The notes under the pieces are model-generated. The model did no database searches, was not told where the DNA came from, and saw only the letters and a list, made by a program, of their open reading frames with translations. Positions 36,535 through 51,400 of a stretch of DNA of 64,000 nucleotides are shown one piece after another. The position numbers and the translations under genes were made by a program. Source of the DNA: Macrostomum lignano (Eukaryota); the NCBI GenBank assembly GCA_002269645.1, contig NIVC01001822.1, positions 62,178-126,177 on the forward strand, written 5' to 3'. Positions within the stretch are counted from its first letter, which is position 1; each line of letters begins with the position of its first letter.

Positions 36535-37119
36535 CTCCCAAGCATGGTCTGGAGAAATGCAAACTTCTTGATCTCAGTGGAGCTGTTAGCTAGAACTCGT
36601 GCCACTCTTGGCATCATATATGGCATTATAGCTATAATTCTATAGCTCTGGTTATCTTCAAATACTTAGAAGATAATGAATGTTGCCATATCAAAGTGTG
36701 AAAATAATAATAATAATAAGAGTATTTTCAATACTTTACATACGAGTATTTTTAGTTTACCAATTTAGTGCGTTTTTGTTTGACTCAATCAAATAGGACT
36801 TGAAATATTTCAATATTGTTACTAACAGTAGCTAGCTACAAGTTTTATACTATTTGAAAGCTTAATCAGGGACTTCTGCAATATAAATTTATCATAGAAT
36901 AGAAAAAAGAAGGGACTGGAAACTCGGCTTTAGTCAGTAAGAAGTGTGAGGGCTGGTTGATTTTAATGTATCTGTGTATTTGTTAGCTGATTCGTTCCCC
37001 TGTTCTCTTATTCTTCCTTTCTATGGTTCTTCTGTTCTTATGTACACTTGTTCTCTGTTTCTCTGATTTTTGGGTTCCTGTCCACTCGTTTTTTGTTTCT
37101 TCGTTCTCACAGAAATCAC

Positions 37120-37850
37120 CCCTTGCCCGAGGCAATCTCACAGAAATCACCCCTTGCCCGAGGCAATCTCACAGAAATCACCCCTTGCCCTATGGCAATC
37201 TCACAGAAATCACCCCTGTCCCTGAGGCAGTCTCACAGAAATCGCCCCTGTCCCTGAGGCAATCTCACAGAAATCGCCCCTGTCCCTGAGGCAATCTCAC
37301 AGAAATCGCCCCTGTCCCTGAGGCAGTCTCACAGAAATCGCCCCTGTCCCTGAGGCAATCTCACAGAAATCGCCCCTGTCCCTGAGGCAGTCTCACAGAA
37401 ATCGCCCCTGTCCCTGAGGCAATCTCACAGAAATCGCCCCTGTCCCTGAGGCAATCTCACAGAAATCGCCCCTGTCCCTGAGGCAATCTCACAGAAATCG
37501 CCCCTGTCCCTGAGGCAATCTCACAGAAATCGCCCCTGTCCCTGAGGCAATCTCACAGAAATCACCCCTGTCCCTGAGGCAATCTCGCAGAAATCTCCCC
37601 TTGCCCTGAGGCAATCTCGCAGAAATCTCCTCTTGCCCTGAGGCCCTTGCCCTGAGGCAATCTCGCAGAAATCTCCCCTTGCCCTGAGGCCCTTGCCCTG
37701 AGGCAATCTCGCAGAAATCTCCCCTTGCCCTAAGGCAATCTCGCAGAAATCTCCTCTTGCCCTGAGGCAATCTCACAGATATCTCCTCTTGCCCTGAGGC
37801 AAGGCAATCTCACAGAAATCGCCCCTGTCCCTGAGGCAATCTCGCTCAAT
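37120..37850. repeat. 32-bp minisatellite
   Basis: Unit aatctcacagaaatcgcccctgtccctgaggc; period 32. Confidence 0.95.
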
Positions 37851-38689
37851 CCACCACTGTAACTGAGGCAATCTCGCGCTATAGAATCCAGTTCAGTCGA
37901 GGCAAGTTATGTAATTAACTACGAGCGTAACGCGAACAGAGTTTTGGGTTTAGTAATTTCTCATTATGATCTCGAAATTGTGTTAGCATAGCACTGGTGT
38001 AGAAGTCTCTTTACTGTCGCTTCTAAGGCTTAAGCCTCCGCCCTGTGCACACCAACTGCATTCTATTATTACTAGGCCGTTGTCGCCCCCGAGGCCAAAA
38101 AACGTTCTCTTCCTCTTCATCCCTCTTCTTCTTCCTCATTTGCTTCCCTCTTTCTATTCGTCATCTTTCTCTGCCTCTCTTCCCCGCCCCGCATCTCTCC
38201 GGGGGGTACCATTAGGGATTATCGAGCTAGCAAGCTTCTTATCCCGCATCTCTCTCTCTTTGTTGAAGCAGTGCAGTGTATTAACTCATTCGACTTGCTT
38301 AGCGCTTTGGATAGAAGCTTTAGTGAAGATAAGAAAGATTTGATCGTGTTCCAATTTCTTTGCTTTATACTGTTGCCCGCCACCCAGCACTATTTCTGTT
38401 CTATTAGAAGTGACAGTTGCTAAAGCTTAATTTGAACTGATAAAAATCTAAAAGATCGCCCGACATGTTTAACAAGCATAGATTTCAAACGTTTGGTTCA
38501 ACTTTGCGCACCTGTTCCGACAACTTGTTGCAGGGTAATTATTTTGGTTTAAACTATCTGCTGTTTGTCTAGTAAAGTGTTTTGTTAATTTTTAAATTAA
38601 CTAGGTAAAATTTGAAAGATTTATTTTTATATTTTAGATTATTCTGAAGCGATTATTTTTTTAGAGCAATCCACAAATTTTTTATCACC

Positions 38690-39190
38690 ATACAATCCCC
38701 AGCATCTTCATCACCAAACAATCCCAGCATCTTCATCACCAAACTATCCCCAGCATCTTCATCACTAAACTATCCCCAGCATCTTCATCACCAAACTATT
38801 CCCAGCATCTTCATCACTAAACTATCCCCAGCATCTTCATCACTAAACTATCCCCAGCATCTTCATCACCAAACTATTCCCAGCATCTTCATCACCAAAC
38901 TATTCCCAGCATCTTCATCACCAAACTATCCCCAGCATCTTCATCACTAAACTATCCCCAGAATCTTCATCACCAAACTATCCCCAGCATCTTCATCACC
39001 AAACTATCCCCAGCATCTTCATCACCAAACTATCCCCAGCATCTTCATCACCAAACTATCCCCAGCATCTTCATCACCAAACTATCCCCAGCATCTTCAT
39101 CACCAAACTATCCTCAGCATCTTCATCACCAAACTATCCCCAGCATCTTCATCACCAAACTATCCCCAGCATCTTCATTCCCAAACAATC
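38690..39190. repeat. 26-bp minisatellite upstream of the MEK main first exon
   Basis: Unit catcaccaaactatccccagcatctt. Confidence 0.95.
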
Positions 39191-39450
39191 CCCAAAAGTC
39201 TCCAGCATCTCTGCCTCGACAACATAGCAAACTAATACTCAAAGCTGTTAGTACACACGAGCTATTTGTATTTAATCCAGCATTAGCTCAAATAACACAA
39301 AATTCGGCTTCAGTGAAGCGGTCGCTGCAGGTGCCTGGCCAATCCGCTGGTACACCATCGTCGTCGCCTCCGTCTGGCTCGGCGTCGGCAGCAGCGGAAG
39401 GCGCGGCAGCGGCCAGCAGCAGCAACACCAGCGTCAGCAGTTCCGGCAGC

Positions 39451-42400
39451 ATGGAGGCTGGCTCCGGTTCGGGCTGCGGCAGCCGGCGCAACCTGATGAA
39501 TCTCACCATAGCAACCACGCCAAGCGGCGCCGATTTGAATTCGCTAGAGCTTCGTCTGCATCAGCAGCAGCTGCAGGCGAAACAACAGCAGCAGGAGCAG
39601 CAGCAGCGGGGCCATCAGGACCTCGACGAGAGTCAACGCAAGCGTTTGGCAGAATTTGTTCAACGCAAGCGCAGCATAGGCGAATTGCGTCACGAAGACT
39701 TTGACGATATCGCCGAATTGGGCGCCGGATCCTCTGGCGTTGTTCAACGGGTGCTGCACAGGCCCACTAGACAGGCTATGGCTAGGAAGCTTATTCATTT
39801 GGAAATCAAGCCGTCTGTTAGGGCCCAGATTATCAGAGAGTTGGAGGTTCGTGTTCCTCTAGTAGTTGAATTTGTACTTTTATGGAATTTACACTTCTAG
39901 TTTCAGTCTGGGGATGCTACGACGTTAATCTGGGATTTGGGATTTTTAATTAGGATCTGGGAATATGGTATTCGAATTTGTGGGATTTGGGGTTTGTTAT
40001 TGAGATCTGAGAATATGGTTTTCAAATTTGTGACATTTGGGATATCTTATTGGAATCTGGGAATATGGTTTTCAAATTTGTGAGATTTGGTGGATTTCTT
40101 ATTGGGATCTGGGAATATGGTGTTCGAATTTGTGGAATTTGGTGGATTTCTTATTGGGATCTGGGAGTATGGGGTTCGAATTTGTGGGATTTGGTGGATT
40201 TCTTATTGGGATCTGGGAGTATGGTGTTCGAATTTGTGGGATTTGGTGGATTTCTTATTGGGATCTGGGAATATGGTTTTCAAATTTGTGAGATTTGGTG
40301 GATTTCTTATTGGGATCTGGGAGTATGGTGTTCGAATTTGTGGGATTTGGTGGATTTCTTATTGGGATCTGGAAAAGTGGTATTCAAATTTGTGGGATTT
40401 GGGATTTCTTATTGGGATCGAATTTGTTGTGTTTAGGATTTCAACTTAACTAGAGGTAATTGGTTATGGTATTCAAATTCGGGTTTTCGGGAAAATTAGT
40501 GGTTCTTAAAAAAATCACTGCCTAATTGGGTTGAGTTTAATAAAGTTCAATAAGCACTTTTCCAATTCCTCAGGTGCTGCACTCGTGCAACAGTCCCTAC
40601 ATCATCGGCTACTTCGGCGCCTATTTTGTGGACTCCTCCGCCACCATCTGCATCTGCATGGAGTACATGAACGCTGGATCGCTAGATCTGGTGCTCACTA
40701 AAGCTGGCCGACTGCCCGAACCGATTGTGGCCAAGATTAGCTGTTCCGTGCTCAAGGGGCTCATCTATCTGAGGGAGAATATTAACTGTCTGCATAGGTG
40801 AGGCGGTGTGTGCTTTTAATATTTGTTATAAATGATGACAAGAAACTGGTGGTGTAAGTAGCGGAAGCAGATATCAGGATATCAAAGGTAGGTCATTATA
40901 GATATGAGAAGAGACAGTGGTAGATGTGAGAATAGACAGTTGTAGATATGAGAAGAAACAGTGGTAGATATGAGAAGAGAAAGTGGTAGATATGAGAAGA
41001 AACAGTGGTAGATATGAGAAGAGAAAGTGGTAGATATGAGAAGAGACAGTGGTAGATATGAGAATCGACAGTGGTAGATATTAGAATCGACAGTGGTAGA
41101 TATGAGAAAAGACAGTGGTAGATATGAGAAGAGAAAGTGGTAGATATGAGAAGAGACAGTGTGAGTATCGCTTAAGCTTATTAGGTATGTAGATGTTAAG
41201 AGATAAGAGACGAGAGAGGCACTGGGGATATAGTGAAGAGTTACATTGCCACTGCACTGTCTCTGGTTGCATAGGCAAGTTACGACGGTTGTCAATTAGT
41301 CTTTGCTAGGATCCGGATGCTTTGATGGGGGGGGGGTACGAACAGGATGACAGCGCCCGAGATAAGATTATTATTACGATAAGATATTATTACAAAGGAT
41401 GGAAAATGCTCTCATTGAGGCAGTTAGAATTTTTTGTGGTCACAAAAACTCATTGGATATCTCTATTGTGCGTGTAGCCTTTGAGATTTGAATTCAACAG
41501 TAAAAGTTCCAGACGTCTAGCTGCTTATTCTTGAGGTTGCCATGACAACAATCGGCTTAGCAACTTAGGCTTTCACCTACTTGCAACTCTTAGAGATGCA
41601 AAATAGACTGTGTCATGAAATCTGCGCACGCCTTTCTGCTCTGCTTCTGCGATTTCTATAGCCCATAGTGCTTATACAATACAAGCATTTGACGCTTTGA
41701 AAACCAGTCCGACATGACTGCTACTACATGTAACTGCTAGCTCTATAGGGCTCTTTGAGGAATCCTTTCCGGCCAAGTAAATAAAGTTCATCGATGCTCT
41801 CTTTTAATGCTAGAAGTATGGGCAACCCAGGTTTTTATATTCAATTTGCATCAATAGTCAATCTAAATTGGCACCACTAGTCAGCATCATTAGCGTCACA
41901 ATTCAGCATCATCATTAGCGTCACAATTCAGCATCATCATTAGCGTCACAATTCAGCATCATCATTAGCGTCACAATTCAGCATCATCATTAGCGTCACA
42001 ATTCAGCATCATCATTAGCGTCACAATTCAGCATCATCATTAGCGTCACAATTCAGCATCATCATTAGCGTCACAATTCAGCATCATCATTAGCGTCACA
42101 ATTCAGCATCATCATTAGCGTCACAATTCAGCATCATCATTAGCGTCACAATTCAGCATCATCATTAGCGTCACAATTCAGCATCATCATTAGCGTCACA
42201 ATTCAGCATCATCATTAGCGTCACAATTCAGCATCATCATTAGCGTCACAATTCAGCATCATCATTAGCGTCACAATTCAGCATCATCATTAGCGTCACA
42301 ATTCAGCATCATCATTAGCGTCACAATTCAGCATCATCATTAGCGTCACAATTCAGCATCATCATTAGCGTCACAATTCAGCATCATCATTAGCGTCACA

Positions 42401-45400
42401 ATTCAGCATCATCATTAGCGTCACAATTCAGCATCATCATTAGCGTCACAATTCAGCATCATCATTAGCGTCACAATTCAGCATCATCATTAGCGTCATA
42501 ATTGAGAATCATCATTAGCGTCACAATTCAGCATCATCATTAGCGTCATAATTGAGAATCATCATTAGCGTCACAATTCAGCATCATCATTAGCGTCACA
42601 ATTCAGCATCATCATTAGCGTCACAATTCAGCATCATCATTAGCGTCACAATTCAGCATCATTAGCGTCACAATTCAGCATCATCATTAGCGTCACAATT
42701 CAGCATCATCATTAGCGTCAAAATTCAGCATCATCATTAGCGTCACAATTCAGCATCATCATTAGCGTCAAAATTGAGCATCATCATTAGCGTCACAATT
42801 CAGCATCATCATTAGCGTCAAAATTGAGCATCATCATTAGCGTCAAAATTCAGCATCATCATTAGCGTCACAATTCAGCATCATCATTAGCGTCATAATT
42901 GAGAATCATCATTAGCGTCACAATTCAGCATCATCATTAGCGTCATAATTGAGAATCATCATTAGCGTCACAATTCAGCATCATCATTAGCGTCACAATT
43001 CAGCATCATCATTAGCGTCAAAATTCAGCATCATCATTAGCGTCACAATTAAGAATCATCATTAGTGTCATAATTGAGAATCATCATTAGCGTCACAATT
43101 AAGAATCATCATTAGTGTCATAATTGAGAATCATCATTAGCGTCACAATTCAGCATCATCATTAGCGTCACAATTCAGCATCATCATTAGCGTCACAATT
43201 CAGCATCATCATTAGCGTCACAATTCAGCATCATCATTAGCGTCACAATTCAGCATCATCATTAGCGTCACAATTCAGCATCATCATTAGCGTCACAATT
43301 CAGCATCATCATTAGCGTCACAATTCAGCATCATCATTAGCGTCACAATTCAGCATCATTAGCGTCACAATTCAGCATCATCATTAGCGTCACAATTCAG
43401 CATCATCATTAGCGTCAAAATTCAGCATCATCATTAGCGTCACAATTCAGCATCATCATTAGCGTCAAAATTCAGCATCATCATTAGCGTCACAATTCAG
43501 CATCATCATTAGCGTCAAAATTGAGCATCATCATTAGCGTCACAATTCAGCATCATCATTAGCGTCACAATTCAGCATCATTAGCGTCACAATTCAGCAT
43601 CATCATTAGCGTCACAATTCAGCATCATCATTAGCGTCACAATTCAGCATCATCATTAGCGTCACAATTCAGCATCATCATTAGCGTCACAATTCAGCAT
43701 CATCATTAGCGTCACAATTCAGCATCATCATTAGCGTCACAATTCAGCATCATCATTAGCGTCATAATTGAGAATCATCATTAGCGTCACAATTCAGCAT
43801 CATCATTAGCGTCATAATTGGGAATCATCATTAGCGTCACAATTCAGCATCATCATTAGCGTCACAATTCAGCATCATCATTAGCGTCAAAATTCAGCAT
43901 CATCATTAGCGTCACAATTCAGCATCATCATTAGCGTCACAATTCAGCATCATCATTAGCGTCACAATTAAGAATCATCATTAGTGTCATAATTGAGAAT
44001 CATCATTAGCGTCACAATTCAGCATCATCATTAGCGTCACAATTCAGCATCATCATTAGCGTCACAATTCAGCATCATCATTAGCGTCACAATTCAGCAT
44101 CATCATTAGCGTCACAATTCAGCATCATCATTAGCGTCACAATTCAGCATCATCATTAGCGTCACAATTCAGCATCATCATTAGCGTCACAACTGACATC
44201 ATTAGCGTCACAACTGACGACATCATTAGCGACACAATTGACGACATTATTAGCGACACAATTGGCGACATTATTAGCGACACAATTGACGACATTATTA
44301 GCGACACAATTGACGACATTATTAGCGACACAATTGACGACATTATTAGCGACACAATTGACGACATCATTAGCGACACAATTGACAAAATTATTAGCGA
44401 CACAATTGACGACATCATTAGCAACACAATTGACAAAATTATTAGCGACACAATTGACGACATCATTAGCGACACAATTGACGACATTATTAGCGACACA
44501 ATTGACGACATTATTAGCGACACAATTGACGACATCATTAGCGACACAATTGACAAAATTATTAGCGACACAATTGACGACATCATTAGCAACACAATTG
44601 ACAAAATTATTAGCGACACAATTGACGACATCATTAGCGACACAATTGACGACATCATTAGTGACACAATTGACGACATTATTAGAGACACAATTGACGA
44701 CATTATTAGCGACACAATTGACGACATTATTAGCGACACAATTGACGACATTATTAGCGACACAATTGACAAAATTATTAGCGACACAATTGACGACATC
44801 ATTAGCGACACAATTGACAAAATTATTAGCGACACAATTGACGACATCATTAGCGACACAATTGACGACTTCATTAGTGACACAATTGACGACATCATTA
44901 GCGACACAATTGACGATATCATTAGCGACACAATTGACATCATTAGCGACACAAGTCTACAGCATTCCTAATTGGCGTCAGACAGACCTATATGTATATT
45001 AGAGGCAATACAAGATGTCCCTCATAATGGATGCTTCATTCAGGTCTAATCAATATATCCATCATGAATATTTCTAGAGACGTGAAGCCCTCCAACATCC
45101 TGGTTAGTCTGGAAGGCGACTGCAAACTGTGCGATTTTGGCGTCTCCGGCCAGCTAATCGACAGTCTGGCCAACAGTTTCGTTGGCACCCGGTCCTATAT
45201 GGCGCCGGAACGACTCAATGGCGAAGAGTACTCAATATTGTCTGACGTTTGGTCTATAGGCCTAAGCCTGGTCGAGCTGGCCACTGGTCGCTATCCCATT
45301 CCGCAGCCGGATAGCCGGGACTACACCAGCGCTTTCAGCAGCGACCGCCAAAGAAATCTGGCCGAGCATAGGGAGGCCGCTGTTAAGGGCACGCGGCTGA

Positions 45401-48400
45401 GAGGTGAGCGAGAGTATCATCCTGAAATCACATTTAGTATCATCCTGACATCACATTTAGTATCAGCCTGAAATCACATTTAGTATCATACTGACATCAC
45501 ATTTAGTATCATCCTGACATGGCATTTAGTATCATCCTGACATCACATTTAGTATCATCCTGACATCACATTTAGTATCATCCTGACATCACATTTAGTA
45601 GCATACTGACATCACATTTCTTAGCATACTGACATCACATTTCTTAGCATACTGACATCACATTTATTAGCATACTGACATCACATTTAGTATCATCCTG
45701 AAATCACATTTAGTATCATCCTGAAATCACATTTAGTATCATCCTGACATCGCATTTAGTATCATCCTGACATCACATTTCTTAGCATACTGACATCACA
45801 TTTAGTAGCATACTGACATCACATTTAGTATCATCCTGAAATCACATTTAGTATCATCCTGAAATCACATTTAGTATCATCCTGACATCGCATTTAGTAT
45901 CATCCTGACATCACATTTCTTAGCATACTGACATCACATTTATTAGCATACTGACATCACATTTAGTATCATCCTGAAATCACATTTAGTATCATCCTGA
46001 AATCACATTTAGTATCATCCTGACATCACATTTAGTATCATCCTGAAATCACATTTAGTATCATCCTGACATCACATTTAGTATCATCCTGAAATCACAT
46101 TTAGTATCATCCTGACATCACATTTAGTAGCATACTGACATCACATTTAGTATCATCCTGAAATCACATTTAGTATCATCCTGACATCGCATTTAGTATC
46201 ATCCTGACATCACATTTCTTAGCATACTGACATCACATTTATTAGCATACTGACATCACATTTAGTATCATCCTGAAATCACATTTAGTATCATCCTGAC
46301 ATCGCATTTAGTATCATCCTGACATCGCATTTAGTATCATTCTGACATCGCATTTAGTATCATCCTGACATGGCATTTAGTATCATCCTGACATCGCATT
46401 TAGTATCATCCTGACATGGCATTTAGTATCATCCTGACATGGCATTTAGTATCATTCTGACATCGCATTTAGTATCATCCTGAAATCACATTTAGTATCA
46501 TCCTGACATGGCATTTAGTATCATCCTGACATCACATTTAGTAGCATACTGACATCACATTTCTTAGCATACTGACATCACATTTAGTAGCATACTGACA
46601 TCACATTTAGTAGCATACTGACATCGCATTTAGTATCATCCTGAAATCACATTTAGTATCATCCTGACATCGCATTTAGTATCATCCTGACATCACATTT
46701 CTTAGCATACTGACATCACATTTAGTAGCATACTGACATCACATTTAGTATCATCCTGAAATCACATTTAGTATCATCCTGACATCGCATTTAGTATCAT
46801 CCTGACATGGCATTTAGTATCATTCTGACATCGCATTTAGTATCATCCTGAAATCACATTTAGTATCATCCTGACATCGCATTTAGTATCATCCTGAAAT
46901 CACACATTTAGTATCATCCTGACATCGCATTTAGTATCATCCTGACATGGCATTTAGTATCATCCTGACATCACATTTAGTAGCATACTGACATCACATT
47001 TAGTAGCATACTGACATCACATTTATTAGCATACTGACATCACATTTAGTATCATCCTGACATCGCATTTAGTATCATCCTGACATCACATTTAGTAGCA
47101 TACTGACATCACATTTAGTATCATTCTGACATCGCATTTAGTATCATCCTGAAATCACATTTAGTATCATCCTGACATCACATTTAGTAGCATACTGACA
47201 TCACATTTCTTAGCATACTGACATCACATTTAGTATCATCCTGAAATCACATTTCTTAGCATACTAACATCACATTTATTAGCATACTGACATCACATTT
47301 CTTAGCATAATGACATCACATTTAGTATCGATCATCCTGACATCACATTTAGTAGCATACTGACCACATTTCTTACCATACTGACATCACATTTAGTAGC
47401 ATACTGACATCACATTTAGTAGCATACTGACATCGCATTTAGTATCATCCTGACATCACATTTAGTATCATCCTGAAATCGCATTTAGTATCATTCTGAC
47501 ATCACATTTGGTATGATCCTGACATCACATTTAGTATCATACTGACATCACATTTAGTATAATTCTGACATCATATTTAGTATCATACTGACATCGCATT
47601 TAGTATAATTCTGACTGACATCGCATTTAGTATCATCCTGACATCACATTTAGTATCATCCTGAAATCACATTTAGTATCATTCTGACATCACATTTGGT
47701 ATGATCCTGACATCACATTTAGTATCATTCTGACATCACATTTGGTATGATCCTGACATCACATTTAGTATCATACTGACATCACATTTAGTATCATCCT
47801 GACATCACATTTAGTATCATCCTGAAATCACATTTAGTATCATCCTGACATCGCATTTAGTATAATCCTGACATCGCATTTAGTATCATCCTGAAATCAC
47901 ATTTAGTATCATTCTGACATCACATTTGGTATGATCCTGACATCACATTTAGTATCATACTGACATCACATTTAGTATCATCCTGACATCACATTTAGTA
48001 TCATCCTGAAATCACATTTAGTATCATTCTGACATCGCATTTAGTATAATCCTGACATCGCATTTAGTATAATCCTGACATGGCATTTAAAATGATTTAA
48101 AATCAATCTCTTCATTTTAATGACATAGATTTTGCTTGTTAATTAATGCGTCCCGTCACTCTTCATGATCTCAGGACATTGCAAAGAGAATCGATATGCA
48201 ATATTTGTCTGTAGAATTGCCCCTCGAAAAACTCAATCATCCCAGCCTTGTTCGGCACCCGCTGTCGGTTTGGTGTTCAAAATAAAAGTGCGTTCAATAT
48301 GCTCTGTCCGTCTCTCTCGTCATCTTGTGATCATCTTGGCCAGTTCCCATGCTACTCGGCGATTTCTTTTTCGCTTAATCCCCGTTTTACAAAGCTCCAC

Positions 48401-51400
48401 TTCTGCACGCCACTCAGGGCACTGAAAGGACTGGGTAGAAAGCAAGATAAAAATCAGAACTAATCCAGGAAGATGAAAAAGCGCAACGTTGCGAATGTGT
48501 ATGCATTTCTTAGAAATTTAGACTGACATTTTTATGCATAATTTTAAACTGTCTGAAACTTATAATTTATGTGCGAATCTGACATTTTAAAAGCTGTTTT
48601 CATCATCCTTTGACATTGGTTAGTGAGAATCGCCCCTAAAAAGCAGTGAGAATCGCCCCTAAAAAGCAGTGAGAATCACCCCTAAAAAGCAGTGAGAATC
48701 GCCCCAAGAAAACATTGAGAATCGCTCAAAAAGCAGTGAGAATCGCCCCATAAACATTGAGAATCGCTCAAAAAGCAGTGAGAATCGCCCCATAAACATT
48801 GAGAATCGCCCCAGAAATCATTGAGAATCGCCCCAAAAATCATTAAGAATCGCCCAAAAACATTGAGAATCGCCCCAAGAAATCATTGAGAATCGCCCCA
48901 AGAAATCATCGAGAATCGCCCAAAAACATTGAAAATCGTTCCAAGAAATCATTGAGAATCGCCCAAAAACATTGAGAATCGCCCCAAGAAATCATTGAGA
49001 ATCGCCCCAAGAAATCATTGAGAATCGCCCCAAGAAATCATTGAGAATCGCCCCAAAAATCATTAAGAATCGCCCAATAAACATTGAGAATCGCCCCAAA
49101 AACATTGAAATCGCCCCAAGAAATCATTGAGAATCGCCCCAAAAACATCGAGAATCGCCCCAAAAACATTGAGAATCGCCCCAAGAAATCATTGAGAATC
49201 GCCCAAAAACATTGAGAATCGCCCCAAGAAATCATTGAGAATCGCCCCAAGAAATCATTGAGAATCGCCCCAAGAAATCATTGAGAATCGCCCCAAAAAT
49301 CATTAAGAATCGCCCCAAAAATCATTAAGAATCGCCCAATAAACATTGAGAATCGCCCCAAAAACATCGAGAATCGCCTCAAAAACATTGAAAATCGCCC
49401 CAAGAAATCATCGATAATCGCCCCAAAAAATCATCGATAATCGCCCCAAAAACATTGAAAATCGCCCCAAGAAATCATCGATAATCGCCCCAAAAACATT
49501 GAGAATCGCCCCAAGAAATCATTGAGAATCGCCCCAAAAATCATTAAGAATCGCCCAATAAACATTGAGAATCGCCCCAAAAATCATCGAGAATCGCCCA
49601 AGAAATCATCGATAATCGCCCCAAGAAATCATCGATAATCGCCCAAAAACATTGAGAATCGCCCCAAAAACATTGAGAATCGCCCAAGAAATCATTGAGA
49701 ATCGCCCCAAGAAATCATTGAGAATCGCCCCAAAAATCATTGAGAATCGCCCAAGAAATCATCGAGAATCGCCCCAAAAACATTGAAATCGTTCCAAGAA
49801 ATCATTGAGAATCGCCCCAAAAATCATTAAGAATCGCCCAATAAACATTGAGAATCGCCCCAAAAACATTGAAATCGCCCAAGAAATCATTGAGAATCGC
49901 CCCAAAAACATTGAGAATCGCCCCTACAAGCAGTATCATAATACTGTATATCAATACTAAGAATCGCCCCAAAAACATTGAGAATCGCCCCTACAAGCAG
50001 TATCGTAATACTGTATATCAATACTAAGAATCGCCTTAAAAACATTGAGAATCGCCCCTACAAGCAGTATCGTAATACTGTATATCAATACTAAGAATCG
50101 CCCCAAAAACATTGAGAATCGCCCCTACAAGCAGTATCGTAATACTGTATATCAATACTAAGAATCGCCCCAAAAACATTGAGAATCGCCCCTACAAGCA
50201 GTATCGTAATACTGTATATCAATACTAAGAATCGCCCCAAAAACATTGAGAATCGCCCCTACAAGCAGTATCGTAATACTGTATATCAATACTAAGAATC
50301 GCCCCAAAAACATTGAGAATCGCCCCCTACAAGCAGTATCGTAATACTGTATATCAATACTAAGAATCGCCCCAAAAACATTGAGAATCGCCCCTACAAG
50401 CAGTATCGTAATACTGTATATCAATACTAAGAATCGCCCCAAAAACATTGAGAATCGCCCCTACAAGCAGTATCGTAATACTGTATATCAATACTAAGAA
50501 TCGCCCCAAAAACATTGAGAATCGCCCCTACAAGCAGTATCGTAATACTGTATATCAATACTAAGAATCGCCCCAAAAACATTGAGAATCGCCCCTACAA
50601 GCAGTATCGTAATACTGTATATCAATACTAAGAATCGCCCCAAAAACATTGAGAATCGCCCCTACAAGCAGTATCGTAATACTGTATATCAATACTAAGA
50701 ATCGCCCCAAAAACATTGAGAATCGCCCCTACAAGCAGTATCATAATACTGTATATCAATACTAAGAATCGCCCCAAAAACATTGAGAATCGCCCCTACA
50801 AGCAGTATCATAATACTGTATATCAATACTAAGAATCGCCCCAAAAACATTGAGAATCGCCCCTACAAGCAGTATCATAATACTGTATATCAATACTAAG
50901 AATCGCCCCAAAAACATTGAGAATCGCCCCTACAAGCAGTATCGTAATACTGTATATCAATACTAAGAATCGCCCCAAAAACATTGAGAATCGCCCCTAC
51001 AAGCAGTATCATAATACTGTATATCAATACTAAGAATCGCCCCAAAAACATTGAGAATCGCCCCTACAAGCAGTATCGTAATACTGTATATCAATACTAA
51101 GAATCGCCCCAAAAACATTGAGAATCGCCCCTACAAGCAGTATCGTAATACTGTATATCAATACTAAGAATCGCCCCAAAAACATTGAGAATCGCCCCTA
51201 CAAGCAGTATCGTAATACTGTATATCAATACTAAGAATCGCCCCCCTCGCTACCGCAGGCATGGAGCCGCCCCAGAACGGGCCGAAGCAGATGGCCATAT
51301 TCGAGCTGCTATCCTACATTGTCTATCAGCAGCCGCCGAAGCTGCCCAGCTTTGCTTTCAGTGAAAATATCTGCGACTTTGTGGATTGTTGTCTGCGCAA

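Noticed and set aside
44137-45002. SSIVSLMM and TTLLATQL repeat ORFs
   Set aside because: Translations of the 24-bp intronic array.
638-51243. Regular short-period arrays as CRISPR arrays
   Set aside because: Units are head-to-tail without unique spacers, there are no cas genes, and the context is eukaryotic introns and UTRs.
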